NCBI GenBank assembly: GCA_963669175.1
Contig: OY769902.1
Span: 3,232,001-3,296,000 of the forward strand
Source of the DNA: a bacterium
GTDB taxonomy: Bacteria > Electryoneota > Electryoneia > Electryoneales > Electryoneaceae
Direction: 5' to 3'
DNA: 64,000 bases
Below are positions 1-9,756 of the stretch, one piece after another. Below the pieces are notes generated by a model. It was not told the origin of the DNA. It saw only the letters and a program-made list of their open reading frames with translations, and did no database searches. The position numbers and the translations under genes are program-made. Each line of letters begins with the position of its first letter. The stretch's first letter is position 1.

Positions 1-581
1 AGCCCTTTATAATTCGCAGGGTGGAGGATAACCGTGGTATTGTGCTGGAAGAGCATTTTGTCAGCGCTACCACGAAATTCAACCCCGAAACGGTGTACAT
101 GCTGGTTGATATGATGAAGGGGGTTGTAGAAGAGGGAACAGGAATCGGTGTGCGTCGCTACGGTTTTAACCATCCGGCAATCGGAAAGACCGGCACAACT
201 AACGACTATCGTGATTCCTGGTTCCTTGGCGCAACGCCACGCCTTGCCGCTTGTGCCTGGGTTGGATTTGACGATAACCGTTCCATGCGTATTCCCGGTG
301 TGGGCAATATCACCGGCGCAAGCGGCGGTCTTCCAGTCTGGGCAAGGTTCATGGCTCGTGCGACTGAAGGTGAGCCTCCCCGCGACTTCGATGTCCCGGA
401 AGGGATCGAATTTCGCTATGTCCACGAACGGACCGGGATAGAAACTCATGCGCCCGGTGACAGTGTCATGAAAGTCGCTGTTCCCATTGGTACTGAACTG
501 CCACAGGGTAGTCTGCAACCGCTGCCCACAGATTCCACCGATGCCACGCGCCAGCCCAATGTTGTGCGAGGTGCGCGATGA
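1..581 (+). CDS. Class A penicillin-binding protein (PBP1A family), C-terminal transpeptidase part, 5'-truncated by the window
   Basis: GVVEEGTG, GKTGTTNDYRDSWFLG and WVGFDD...GASGGLPVW motifs typical of PBP1A transpeptidase C-termini; stop overlaps the next ATG (ATGA at 578-581). Confidence 0.9.
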   Translation, partial: PFIIRRVEDNRGIVLEEHFVSATTKFNPETVYMLVDMMKGVVEEGTGIGVRRYGFNHPAIGKTGTTNDYRDSWFLGATPRLAACAWVGFDDNRSMRIPGVGNITGASGGLPVWARFMARATEGEPPRDFDVPEGIEFRYVHERTGIETHAPGDSVMKVAVPIGTELPQGSLQPLPTDSTDATRQPNVVRGAR

Positions 582-2248
582 GGTGGATAGCGGCACTGGT
601 TCTGCGTTTCTTTTTCGGCACTATGTTGGGGATGGGGTTATTCCTGGTCAACGCTTTCTGGCTACTCGATGACAGCGCCAACAGTGTTGCGGGAACTGTG
701 CTTGCGGTCCTGGTTCCCATGCTTTTTGGATGGATTATCGGCTTTGTCCTGGTGGAAGTATGGAATGCTCAACGATGGAGCCGGTTCTGGTTGCCGTTGG
801 CGTCCGGTGAACTGGATCACGATGAGTATCGTCGCGAACAACTGGTGAAAGCTGGAATTCGATGCATTCTTGGGCCGTGGACACTACCACTGTTGAGCAA
901 GGCGCGTCTACGTACTTACCTGGAAGAATGGACGCGCAGCCTGATTCGTTATCAGTGCAGCGATGAATGGACATGGGAACTTTACGCGCTAAGTCTTCCA
1001 CTAATAGAAGACTCACCGGAAACACTTGAACAGCTTGAGCAAATGCTGCTGGCAGAAGACCGTCCACCGGAGACAGCGATCCTGTTCGGAATAGAGTTGG
1101 CTTCAATACTCTCGCCAACAGAAGATGCAGTCCTGATGCTGGCGCGTGAAGGTTTCAAGCTCGGTTCTGAAATCTTTACTCCACAGCAACGCACGCTGTT
1201 CGAGTCGTTATGCGCAAAGGCGTATCGTCTTGATGCGTCGCTGAAGCCCGTGCTGTTGCCGTACCTGGTGAACCGATTCGTGGAGACACGCCGTGCTGAT
1301 GAGTTCGCCGGGATTGTTTACCTGGATGCGGTTGAATCGGGGGAGGCTATTCACGGTATCCGACGTGAAATGACTCGAATCGGGCGTGTGCTGCAGCGAA
1401 ACAACCGTGAAACTGAGCTTGCAAGCGCATTATTGGAATTGGGCGAGAAGCTTCCCGCGCAGGAATTTGAAGATGAATTGCCTGTTGAAGAGGAGGTTTG
1501 GCGTCCGGGTGACAGGAATGCAGCTTCGCAGCCGCAAGCACCTCGAATAGAACAGTATACAGCAAAAGGTACGATTGCTGATTCTTTTGATAGTGTGGCA
1601 GCGGAAGAAGAGCCAGAGTTCCCGGAAGAATCAGAGCAGGTGATTGATGAATTCCAGGAAGCTGAGAAACTATCGCCAGCCTGGGAAGATGCGCCAGGTA
1701 GTGACGAGTCAGAGCCGATTTCGACTGAACTGGAAGACGAAAGTGAGTATTACCGGCTACCTTCCTGGAAAGAGAACCTTGCCGGATATGGCGAGAAGCT
1801 GAAGAACGTACCACAACGAATCTGGTTGATTACCGGAAGTTCCCTTGGCGCTCTGATTGTTCTGATCGTCATTATATCCATGATTACTGGCGGACCTGCC
1901 GTCGATGATGACGCAGTAACCTCTTCATTAACCCCACCGGGACCGTATATTTCCGATCAACCGTATACCATACAGGTGGCAGCACACCGCAACCGTGGGC
2001 CGGCAGAAGCACAGACATTTGATCTGCGTGGGAAAGGTGTGGACGCTTACCTGGTTGAACCTGTTGCTGAGGGCTCAAAATTCTTCCGCGTGCGGACAGG
2101 GCGGTTTACCACGAGCGATTCCGCACGAAGCATAGCCGATTCCATGAAAGCGGCCGGCTTGATAGAAGATTATTTCGTAGCCCCGTTTGAACCCGGACTG
2201 GTACCATCCGGACAAGCTGCAAAGGGTACTGAACCTGATGGGCAATGA
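578..2248 (+). CDS. Membrane protein with a C-terminal SPOR (peptidoglycan-binding) domain
   Basis: Two N-terminal TM segments, a helical region, an acidic linker and a third TM, then YTIQVAAHR...FFRVRTGRF SPOR signature. Confidence 0.75.
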   Translation: MRWIAALVLRFFFGTMLGMGLFLVNAFWLLDDSANSVAGTVLAVLVPMLFGWIIGFVLVEVWNAQRWSRFWLPLASGELDHDEYRREQLVKAGIRCILGPWTLPLLSKARLRTYLEEWTRSLIRYQCSDEWTWELYALSLPLIEDSPETLEQLEQMLLAEDRPPETAILFGIELASILSPTEDAVLMLAREGFKLGSEIFTPQQRTLFESLCAKAYRLDASLKPVLLPYLVNRFVETRRADEFAGIVYLDAVESGEAIHGIRREMTRIGRVLQRNNRETELASALLELGEKLPAQEFEDELPVEEEVWRPGDRNAASQPQAPRIEQYTAKGTIADSFDSVAAEEEPEFPEESEQVIDEFQEAEKLSPAWEDAPGSDESEPISTELEDESEYYRLPSWKENLAGYGEKLKNVPQRIWLITGSSLGALIVLIVIISMITGGPAVDDDAVTSSLTPPGPYISDQPYTIQVAAHRNRGPAEAQTFDLRGKGVDAYLVEPVAEGSKFFRVRTGRFTTSDSARSIADSMKAAGLIEDYFVAPFEPGLVPSGQAAKGTEPDGQ

Positions 2249-3155
2249 TTCAACAACAAGACGACTGGATGTAGTGGGAGTTGGACGCGCCTGTTTCGAC
2301 TACGCCGTACTCCTGGCAACCTACCCTGACAACAATACCAAACATGAAGCTATCGCCACTTTCGAAGGGCCGGGCAGCCCCGTTCCGAACGCTCTAGCCC
2401 AGTTGAGTTTGTGGGGGCACAAGACATGCCTGAGCGCAGTTGTGGGCAATGACCCCCAGGGAAAACAGATAGTTAGTGAAAATAAGAAGCTCGGCGTTGA
2501 TTGTGATCATATGATAGAGAGGCCTGAACACCGCACCCCACGGGCGTTTCTCTGGATTGAACAGAAAACGGGAAAACGTACAGTTGTTCTTGATCGAACT
2601 ATTGCGCCGCTCTCCCCGGATGAGTTACCTTGTAACGAGTTGAAATCTTGTGCTTTCCTCCTTATGGATGGATGGGAAGCGGATGCCAACCTGGAAGCAG
2701 CGCGAATTGTTCGCGAGCACGGCGGCAAGGTGATGTTCGATGCCGGAGCGGTTCGTCCGAGGATGGAAGAGCAGCTTCAAGCGGTCGATTACCTGATCGG
2801 TCCTGTGACTTACAGCCGTGAAATGTTCGGCAAAATGGACTTGTTCCAGGTAGTGCGGCGGTTGCGTGATTACGGCCCTGAGCTGGTGATCATTACCAAT
2901 GGTTCTGCCGGATGTGTGGCGGCCTGGGGTGATCAGGTACAGTGGTTGCCATCGTTTAAAGTTGATCCGGTTGACACCACAGGTGCGGGCGACTTGTTTC
3001 ATGCTGGCGTTCTGCATGGCATCATCGAAGGATGGGATGTGCCGACATGTGTTCGCTGGGCATCGGCAACCGCAGCGCTGGGGATTGGTGCCCTTGGTGG
3101 AAGGGGCAAGCTTCCAGTCAAAGAAGAGATTGAAGAATTTCTGAAGGATCGGTAG
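2238..3155 (+). CDS. PfkB/ribokinase-family carbohydrate kinase
   Basis: VDPVDTTGAGDLFHAG PfkB signature 2 and GPGSPVPNA N-terminal motif; ATG at 2238 overlaps the upstream stop. Confidence 0.9.
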   Translation: MGNDSTTRRLDVVGVGRACFDYAVLLATYPDNNTKHEAIATFEGPGSPVPNALAQLSLWGHKTCLSAVVGNDPQGKQIVSENKKLGVDCDHMIERPEHRTPRAFLWIEQKTGKRTVVLDRTIAPLSPDELPCNELKSCAFLLMDGWEADANLEAARIVREHGGKVMFDAGAVRPRMEEQLQAVDYLIGPVTYSREMFGKMDLFQVVRRLRDYGPELVIITNGSAGCVAAWGDQVQWLPSFKVDPVDTTGAGDLFHAGVLHGIIEGWDVPTCVRWASATAALGIGALGGRGKLPVKEEIEEFLKDR

Positions 3156-3176
3156 CAAAGCATACAGGGTGGATGG

Positions 3177-4067
3177 ATGACTGACCCGGCCAGTTTCGAA
3201 AGTGAAAGCCTGTTTTTCCCCGGTCTGGAACCGGAACCGAGCCCAACCAACGGGAACGGAAAACGTAAGCTGGAAGAACCTACGGCTGAACGTGAAGTCG
3301 AAGGCGATCTTGAAGCGGAACTTGAACTTCGAAAATGGCATGAACATCTCGATTACCGGGGAACATGGGACAATTCCGTCCATTACGGCGACAACATGCA
3401 CACCCTGGGCAATATGCCCGACGAGACGGCTGACCTGATCCTGACCGACCCGCCGTATGCCATTGCCTACAAGTCAAACCGTCGGGTGAAAAATCCAAAG
3501 TTCAAGCATCTCCAGAATGACAACAGCAGTGACTGGATTCCGAAGTTCGCCAAAGAATCCTACCGTGTCCTGAAGAATAACCGTCATTTTTATTGTTTCT
3601 GCCGTCATGATACCTACCCCATGTTTGTATCCGCTATTCAGGATGCCGGGTTCAAGCTGAAACGTACCCTGATCTGGGTGAAGAATAATCACGGCAGCGG
3701 AGACTTGAAGGGGGATTACGCTCCGCAGGACGAATGGATTATTTACGCACATAAGGGACGGCGCGAGCTGTTCGGAAAGCGTGCGTCGAATGTTGTTTTT
3801 ACCCCGAAAGTATCCTCGAAAAGGTTGACTCATTCTACTGAGAAACCGGTAGAATTGCTCAAGTTTTTAATGCAGAAGAGCACGAAGAAAGGTGAACTGG
3901 TGCTTGATCCTTTTGCCGGGTCCGGCTCCACGCTTCACGCGGCCATTGAACTGGAACGCTCCTATTGTATTATCGAGCTTTCACCGAACTACTTCCTTAC
4001 CAGTAAAGAACGAGAACTGAACCTGAAACAAGCGAGCTTTGCGGACGAACTTTACGGACTGACATGA
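3177..4067 (+). CDS. Site-specific amino-DNA methyltransferase (N6-A/N4-C, beta class), orphan
   Basis: ILTDPPY (motif IV) precedes HSTEKP and LDPFAGSGST (motif I); no restriction endonuclease adjacent. Confidence 0.9.
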   Translation: MTDPASFESESLFFPGLEPEPSPTNGNGKRKLEEPTAEREVEGDLEAELELRKWHEHLDYRGTWDNSVHYGDNMHTLGNMPDETADLILTDPPYAIAYKSNRRVKNPKFKHLQNDNSSDWIPKFAKESYRVLKNNRHFYCFCRHDTYPMFVSAIQDAGFKLKRTLIWVKNNHGSGDLKGDYAPQDEWIIYAHKGRRELFGKRASNVVFTPKVSSKRLTHSTEKPVELLKFLMQKSTKKGELVLDPFAGSGSTLHAAIELERSYCIIELSPNYFLTSKERELNLKQASFADELYGLT

Positions 4068-7000
4068 GCCCTTTATTCAAGCATCGCTTTACGTTTTCCT
4101 TACGTATCGCGTTCGTTATTCTTGCATTCCTGCTTCTTCCATCCCTGAACTATGCTTCTAATCCTGACTGGCAACAAGAGGTCAACTACCTGATGAAGGT
4201 GACCCTGGTTGACTCTTTGCAGTCAGTCACCGGGGAAGCAGGCATCACCTATATCAACAACTCGCCTGATACATTGGCTACCCTGTGGTTCCGTCTTCCA
4301 CCGGAAGCGCTTCATCCCGGAAGTCCGTCGGATGAGGTGGAATATCGTGGCCGAAAGAACCGTCTGGCGAATGTGCCCGAGCAGCACTGGGGAAGTCTGA
4401 AGGTTCATGGAGTGGTCGCCGAAGGACGAGGCGTCATCTTCGTACAGGATGGTTCTATTGGACGACTGGACCTGATCCCGGGAATCCTGCCCGGCGATTC
4501 GGCCCAGTTTACCATGTCCTTTACCACGCGATTTCCCTCGGGGGGCGCGATGATGCGCATCGGGTATATGAGCGGCCAGTACAAAGGCGCTTACTGGTAT
4601 CCGAGCATCTGCCCTTACACACCGGATTACGGCTGGACCGTAAACCGCTACTTCGGCACCGCGGAAGCTTTTGGTGAGTTCGGTACGTTCGAGGTTCACT
4701 ATACAGTCCCCAACCGTTTCATCGTAGCCGCTTCGGGCGAGCTGGTCAACGAAGAGGAGGTTCTTCCGCCGGAACGACTGGAAGGATTGTCTATCAATAA
4801 TCCTGATCCGATTCCGATTCCGGGCGGAGAAGAGGGAGATCGGCTGGTTACCTGGATTTATGTGGCTGAGAATGTGCCGGATGTGGCGTTTGCGGCGGAC
4901 CCGAATTTTGTGATAGATCGTGTTGAGTATGATGGGTATGAGGCGTGGTCCTTTGTCCGACGGGGACGTCAGAAACAATGGGATGATGCTGCGGAGATCT
5001 GTGGCTGGACTATCGGGCAACTGGAAGAGATTTACGGGGAGTATCCCTGGACACGTGTGACTGCCACGGATAGCTGGTCTGCGATGGAGTATCCCACGTT
5101 GACCATGATGAGTAGCGAAACTCCGGGCTACCGTTATGTGATGATGCACGAAGTGATTCACAATTACACGCCCATGATCCTGCATTCGAGTTCGGTTGAT
5201 GCTCCGGTGTTGGATGAAGGTTTCACCACATTTGTAGAACAGCAGTTGATAGAACGATTTGAAGGAACCCCGTGGAATCGTGAACAGGAAATCACTCGTG
5301 GCCTGTTTTCGAAGACATTTAAGATTCGTGATGATGTGGAAAGGGGAGCGCGGCCTTACCTGGAATCGGTGTTGGATGGCGAAGACCTCCCGATGGTGCG
5401 TGGGGCGGATGTAGCAGAAGATTATCATCAATTGCGAGTATCTACCTATTATAAAACACCGGTGATGCTCAATGCGCTTTGTGGTGTGGTTGGCGAGGAA
5501 CGGTTCCGGAATGGTATGCGGACCTACTACGCTGATAACAAGCTGACCCATATCACCGAAGAAGATATGATCGCCTCATTCAGCAAGGGGACCGGGCAGC
5601 CATTGGGCTGGTTCTTCAAACAGTTCCTTTACGATGATGGTGATATCGACTATAAGATTGCTGGTACGGATGTTGAAAGGGTAGAGGATGGCTGGAAGGT
5701 CAGTATTTCGGTTAAACGTATCGGCGAGGTTCGTTTACCGTTGCGTCTGGCAATTGTAACAACCGTAGGCGATACGGCATTTGGAGAAATTGCTTTCCTA
5801 CCGACTGATCCGTCGTTGCCAGGATTTGACCGTTGGGGAACCTGGGATCAGCTTCATCAGCCAGAATCGGACTATGAAGTTGAGACGCTGATTCTTTCGA
5901 AAGCAAAGCCGGAAGTTGTTTTTCTTGATCCGGAACATCGTTATACGGACAGGAGACCACAGGATAATCATCGCAGCTTCACCTCGGGTAAACGTACATC
6001 TGTGTCTTCTGAATACCTGTGGGATTGGGGATTAGCGCCACTTCCACCCATACCGGTTGATAAGGATCGAGTCACGATTTCGCCTGCCTTCGGGTATCAT
6101 CCTTATTATGAGTTCGGCGCAGGGTTTTCCCTGAGAAGTTCCTACATGGAAAAACGGAATAAAGCGCATGCAATAGTAATGGTCAGCTCAACGAAACCCA
6201 TATTCGATTTGAATTCCAAGTATCATCCTGTTTATAGCAATAACTGGGAAGATTTCGCTGAACCGATTTCCGGTTTGGTGGAAACTACAGTTCCGCTTGG
6301 TACAGGGTATCATCCTGGTGAAATAGTAATTCAGGGAGGGATGGTTTACGATCTTCAGTGGGCGCTTGCCGGGTGGCAGAGATCATGGAAATCACGTGAG
6401 AACCGGTACCGAAATTACCTGTTGGCAACCCATGCCGGCGCTGTTGAAAAATTGTCTTTCATGCGGATGATGTACCAGGCTACCGGACGTGTTGGAGAAG
6501 GACCATGGTATAATCGTATCCGTATTACTTTCCAGAACAGTATTGAGATAGAGGGTATGGCACAATCCGCCTATTCCATGTTACAGCTTGAGGCTGTCTA
6601 TAACCGTAATATTGGCAGAGGCTGGCGAACCATCGTGGAAGGGCGGCAGCTTTTCAGCGGCGGCGGCCTTCCTGTAATGTTTCGTCCGACGCTGAATTAC
6701 AACGCGCCCTATATGCTGATAGATCACCCCGCAGTCGGGCCTTCGGCTATGAACTATCAGCAAGCGACAGCAATTCCACGTCCCACGGTAGCCGGAGCGC
6801 TGGTCTCTTACCAGGGAGTATATGCGGCAAACACATTTACCGTTGGAAGAATTTCCCTTGATCGTAAGCTGCCATCAAAATGGCGCAGAACAGGGAATAA
6901 GCCATATAACAGGTTGCTTGATCACATGCGATACGGGATTTTCGGCGCTGTTGCTTATGTTCCGGATCCTGATCTTCCGTTTGATGCAGATGGCACTTTG

Positions 7001-7240
7001 CTGCAGGAAGCGGGATTTGAACTTAGGCTCGAACAGCTCTATGGATTTTCCATATTCTGGCGTGTGGCGCCTTTCGCAAGCACCAAAGGGTTAGGCGACG
7101 AAAAGGATCAAATCGGGATCAGTTCACCTAATTCCAGTAACAGTTCTGTCAGCTCAGATCGTTTTGACTGGAAATCCGACGACTGGTTGACCAGGTCGTC
7201 CATTCTGATCCAGTTCAATACCAATCTGTTGGCAAAGTAA
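4064..7240 (+). CDS. Secreted M1-family zinc aminopeptidase with a long C-terminal, possibly beta-strand/outer-membrane region
   Basis: Signal peptide; WQQEVNY start motif, SAMEYP exopeptidase motif, HEVIH...DEGFTT zinc motif, catalytic YYK. Confidence 0.85.
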   Translation: MSPLFKHRFTFSLRIAFVILAFLLLPSLNYASNPDWQQEVNYLMKVTLVDSLQSVTGEAGITYINNSPDTLATLWFRLPPEALHPGSPSDEVEYRGRKNRLANVPEQHWGSLKVHGVVAEGRGVIFVQDGSIGRLDLIPGILPGDSAQFTMSFTTRFPSGGAMMRIGYMSGQYKGAYWYPSICPYTPDYGWTVNRYFGTAEAFGEFGTFEVHYTVPNRFIVAASGELVNEEEVLPPERLEGLSINNPDPIPIPGGEEGDRLVTWIYVAENVPDVAFAADPNFVIDRVEYDGYEAWSFVRRGRQKQWDDAAEICGWTIGQLEEIYGEYPWTRVTATDSWSAMEYPTLTMMSSETPGYRYVMMHEVIHNYTPMILHSSSVDAPVLDEGFTTFVEQQLIERFEGTPWNREQEITRGLFSKTFKIRDDVERGARPYLESVLDGEDLPMVRGADVAEDYHQLRVSTYYKTPVMLNALCGVVGEERFRNGMRTYYADNKLTHITEEDMIASFSKGTGQPLGWFFKQFLYDDGDIDYKIAGTDVERVEDGWKVSISVKRIGEVRLPLRLAIVTTVGDTAFGEIAFLPTDPSLPGFDRWGTWDQLHQPESDYEVETLILSKAKPEVVFLDPEHRYTDRRPQDNHRSFTSGKRTSVSSEYLWDWGLAPLPPIPVDKDRVTISPAFGYHPYYEFGAGFSLRSSYMEKRNKAHAIVMVSSTKPIFDLNSKYHPVYSNNWEDFAEPISGLVETTVPLGTGYHPGEIVIQGGMVYDLQWALAGWQRSWKSRENRYRNYLLATHAGAVEKLSFMRMMYQATGRVGEGPWYNRIRITFQNSIEIEGMAQSAYSMLQLEAVYNRNIGRGWRTIVEGRQLFSGGGLPVMFRPTLNYNAPYMLIDHPAVGPSAMNYQQATAIPRPTVAGALVSYQGVYAANTFTVGRISLDRKLPSKWRRTGNKPYNRLLDHMRYGIFGAVAYVPDPDLPFDADGTLLQEAGFELRLEQLYGFSIFWRVAPFASTKGLGDEKDQIGISSPNSSNSSVSSDRFDWKSDDWLTRSSILIQFNTNLLAK

Positions 7241-7347
7241 TTGTGATGGGAGATACTGATTAGTATAAATTGAAATAGAGAAGGCAAACTCAAGGATAAT
7301 ATGGTGATTTAGATGATGTTGATGTAATGTATGTGTGCTAATTTTTA

Positions 7348-7444
7348 CCTGAATCTACATTGAATCTTCGCCTGAATCTACATTGAATCTTCGCCTGAAT
7401 CTACATTGAATCTTCACCTGAATCTTCATTAGAATCTTCATTAG
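7348..7444. repeat. Tandem repeat: three copies of a 23-bp unit CCTGAATCTACATTGAATCTTCG, decaying into GAATCTTCATTA sub-units
   Basis: Copies at 7348, 7371 and 7394 read directly from the sequence; the third ends in A; no spacers. Confidence 0.9.
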
Positions 7445-7647
7445 CAGGCTTTAGCCTGCTCTTTTTAGCACCCGGCTTTAGCCGGGGTGAAATGAGGCCA
7501 ACAACCATTCCGAGCGCGCTTTAGCGTGCTTACCTGGTATAAATCGCGATTCAGGAAAGCACCCTGAAGGGCGCTCGTCATATCTTTAACACTACGAACA
7601 CCCCGGCTAAAGCCGGGTGCTAAGAAGAGCCTGCTGAAGCAGGCTAA
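7441..7647. repeat. REPIN-like symmetric multi-hairpin element
   Basis: 49-bp arms at 7441-7489 and 7599-7647 are inverted copies; six short hairpins with TTTA or TAAA/TGAA loops, e.g. CCCGGCTTTAGCCGGG and CCCGGCTAAAGCCGGG. Confidence 0.8.
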
Positions 7648-7831
7648 ACTATTATTATTTTATACCTAAGCTAAAAAAACGATACGCGTGAGTTATCCTG
7701 ATCGCAACTCAAAAGAAACGCTCGTATTGTAGATTATCACTCACTTCAACGCAAACATTGCTGATTGTAAAGTTAGTTGCTATATAGATGCTCTTTGTGC
7801 TAAACCTGACTTTCAGAGAAGGACAAAAAGG

Positions 7832-9241
7832 ATGCAACCCAAAATACATTTTTCCGGGATTGGTGGTACAGCGATGGTCGCCGGGGCACGTTTGGCGATT
7901 GATCTGGGCTGGGAGGTGCGTGGCAGTGACAACCCGCTTTATCCTCCCACATCCCTGATGGTAGAGGAGCTTGGCATTCCAGTCAGCTATTCTTATGCTG
8001 CTGAGAACCTGGCCTGGAATCCTGATGTAGTACTCTTGGGAAATGTGTTGAGCCGTGGTAATGCAGAGGTGGAAGAAGCGTTGCGCGCACGCATGAAATA
8101 TCAGAGCCTGCCGGAATGGATGAAAGAGCATGTGCTACGCAAACGTCGCCCGGTGGCAGTTTGTGGCACACATGGCAAGACCACGACAACGGCGTTGACA
8201 GCCTTCCTGTTGGATCGAGCGGGACTGAACTCCGGGCATTTCATTGGTGGGCAACCGTTGGATTTCCAGTATTCCGCAGCGTTGGGCGCTGCGAACGCTC
8301 CTTTCGTGATCGAAGGCGATGAATACGATACCGCGTTCTTCGACAAACGGGCCAAGTTCTTTCATTATCTGCCGGAAGTGGCGGTGGTGACATCGGTCGA
8401 ATTCGATCATGGCGATATTTATCGAGATCTGGATGAGATCAAACGCGCCTTTCGTTTCATGCTACGTCAGATTCCGAAAGATGGACGCCTGGTAGTCTGT
8501 GCGGATGATGAGGGGGCCCGTGAACTTAGCCAGCACTCATTTTCACCGGTTTTCAGCTACGGGATCGACCATCAGGCAGATATCCACGCCGAGTTTCTTG
8601 GCTATGAGGATGGATTCCAGGTATGCAACGTGAAACACAACGGTAGAAACTGGATAGAGAATCTCAGGTTGCCGCTGGCCGGACGTCACAACCTGCTGAA
8701 CACGCTGGCGGCAATTGCTGTGGCTGATTTCTATGGCGTGTCGGGAGATACTCTCAAAGCGATTCTGCCAGAATTTCGTGGCGTCAAGCGCAGAATGGAA
8801 GTATTCCTGAAGACGGACAATGCAGTCTTTATTGATGATTTCGCACATCATCCAACGGCGATCCGTGAAACGATTCTGGCGGCACGGTTGCGCTGGCCGG
8901 ACAAGAAACTCACCGTATTATTCGAGCCACGAAGCAATACAACCGTGACCAACCGTTTCCAGGGGGAATTGACTGAAGCTTTGAGTCATGCGGATGCTAT
9001 CTGGATCGGACCGATCCATCGACCGGAGCGGATGAGCGAGGATCAGCGGCTGAATCGGGAAGAGATGGCAGCCACATTGACCTCTGGAGGCAAAGCAGTA
9101 AAATGGACCGATGAAGTGGAAGAAATTTCTAAATCTTTAACTTCAGGTGGAACTGTGGATGGAGTTGTGCTTATACTGAGTAACGGAGCTTTTGGCGGTA
9201 TCTACCAACAGTTGACAGAGTACTACAGTATCCATGAGTGA
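7832..9241 (+). CDS. mpl: UDP-N-acetylmuramate:L-Ala-gamma-D-Glu-meso-DAP ligase (murein peptide ligase)
   Basis: IHFSGIGGTAM, GSDNPLYPP, GTHGKTTT, EGDEYDTAFFDKRAKF, DDFAHHPTAI and FEPRSNT motifs, characteristic of Mpl. Confidence 0.92.
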   Translation: MQPKIHFSGIGGTAMVAGARLAIDLGWEVRGSDNPLYPPTSLMVEELGIPVSYSYAAENLAWNPDVVLLGNVLSRGNAEVEEALRARMKYQSLPEWMKEHVLRKRRPVAVCGTHGKTTTTALTAFLLDRAGLNSGHFIGGQPLDFQYSAALGAANAPFVIEGDEYDTAFFDKRAKFFHYLPEVAVVTSVEFDHGDIYRDLDEIKRAFRFMLRQIPKDGRLVVCADDEGARELSQHSFSPVFSYGIDHQADIHAEFLGYEDGFQVCNVKHNGRNWIENLRLPLAGRHNLLNTLAAIAVADFYGVSGDTLKAILPEFRGVKRRMEVFLKTDNAVFIDDFAHHPTAIRETILAARLRWPDKKLTVLFEPRSNTTVTNRFQGELTEALSHADAIWIGPIHRPERMSEDQRLNREEMAATLTSGGKAVKWTDEVEEISKSLTSGGTVDGVVLILSNGAFGGIYQQLTEYYSIHE

Positions 9242-9725
9242 TAGTCCTGAGATAGTAGAACAGGAATCGAACGACCAGGAATTGACCTGTCAGGGGTGTG
9301 GTGCGGTTTTCGTCTTCACAGGGCGCGAACAACGCTTCTACCTTGAGATGGGTTTTGTCACGCCACGCTATTGCCCGACCTGCCGTAAAACCAGAAAAAG
9401 AGACCAGAAGAAGGCTGCTGACTGGAAGGATACCTACGAAGTTACGTGTGATTCGTGCGGTGTCGATACAACAGTACCTTTTAAACCGGTCAACAATCGC
9501 CCGGTCTATTGCCGTAAATGCCTTGATGAGGTGAATCGTAACGGTTCCCTGAACGGAAGTGACAAGGTGCGCATGGCCTCGATGACTGGCGGTACGGATG
9601 AGAACGGCAATGGCGACATAAAAGGAATCGGTGTGACCGCCATCGAGGATTCAGAACGTCCCTATGCAGATCTGGACGAGGCGGTTGAGCGATTGTGCGT
9701 AGATTTGTTCGGTGCAAGTGCGTAA
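9234..9725 (+). CDS. Double zinc-ribbon protein (zf-trcl-like plus CxxC-x17-CxxC)
   Basis: LTCQGCGAVFVFTGREQRFY...PRYCPTC and VTCDSCGVDTTVPFKPVNNRPVYCRKC. Confidence 0.85.
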   Translation: MSDSPEIVEQESNDQELTCQGCGAVFVFTGREQRFYLEMGFVTPRYCPTCRKTRKRDQKKAADWKDTYEVTCDSCGVDTTVPFKPVNNRPVYCRKCLDEVNRNGSLNGSDKVRMASMTGGTDENGNGDIKGIGVTAIEDSERPYADLDEAVERLCVDLFGASA

Positions 9726-9756
9726 ATTGCAGGCCGGACGGGTTGATGCATCCTTT

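Noticed and set aside
3177-4067. Restriction-modification system or prophage remnant
   Set aside because: No endonuclease, specificity subunit or phage genes flank the methyltransferase.
4223-5551. 442-aa antisense ORF (also 59328-60401 and similar long shadow ORFs)
   Set aside because: Antisense shadows of well-supported genes, with no recognisable motifs.
7348-7444. CRISPR array
   Set aside because: The repeats are contiguous with no unique spacers, and there are no cas genes in the window.
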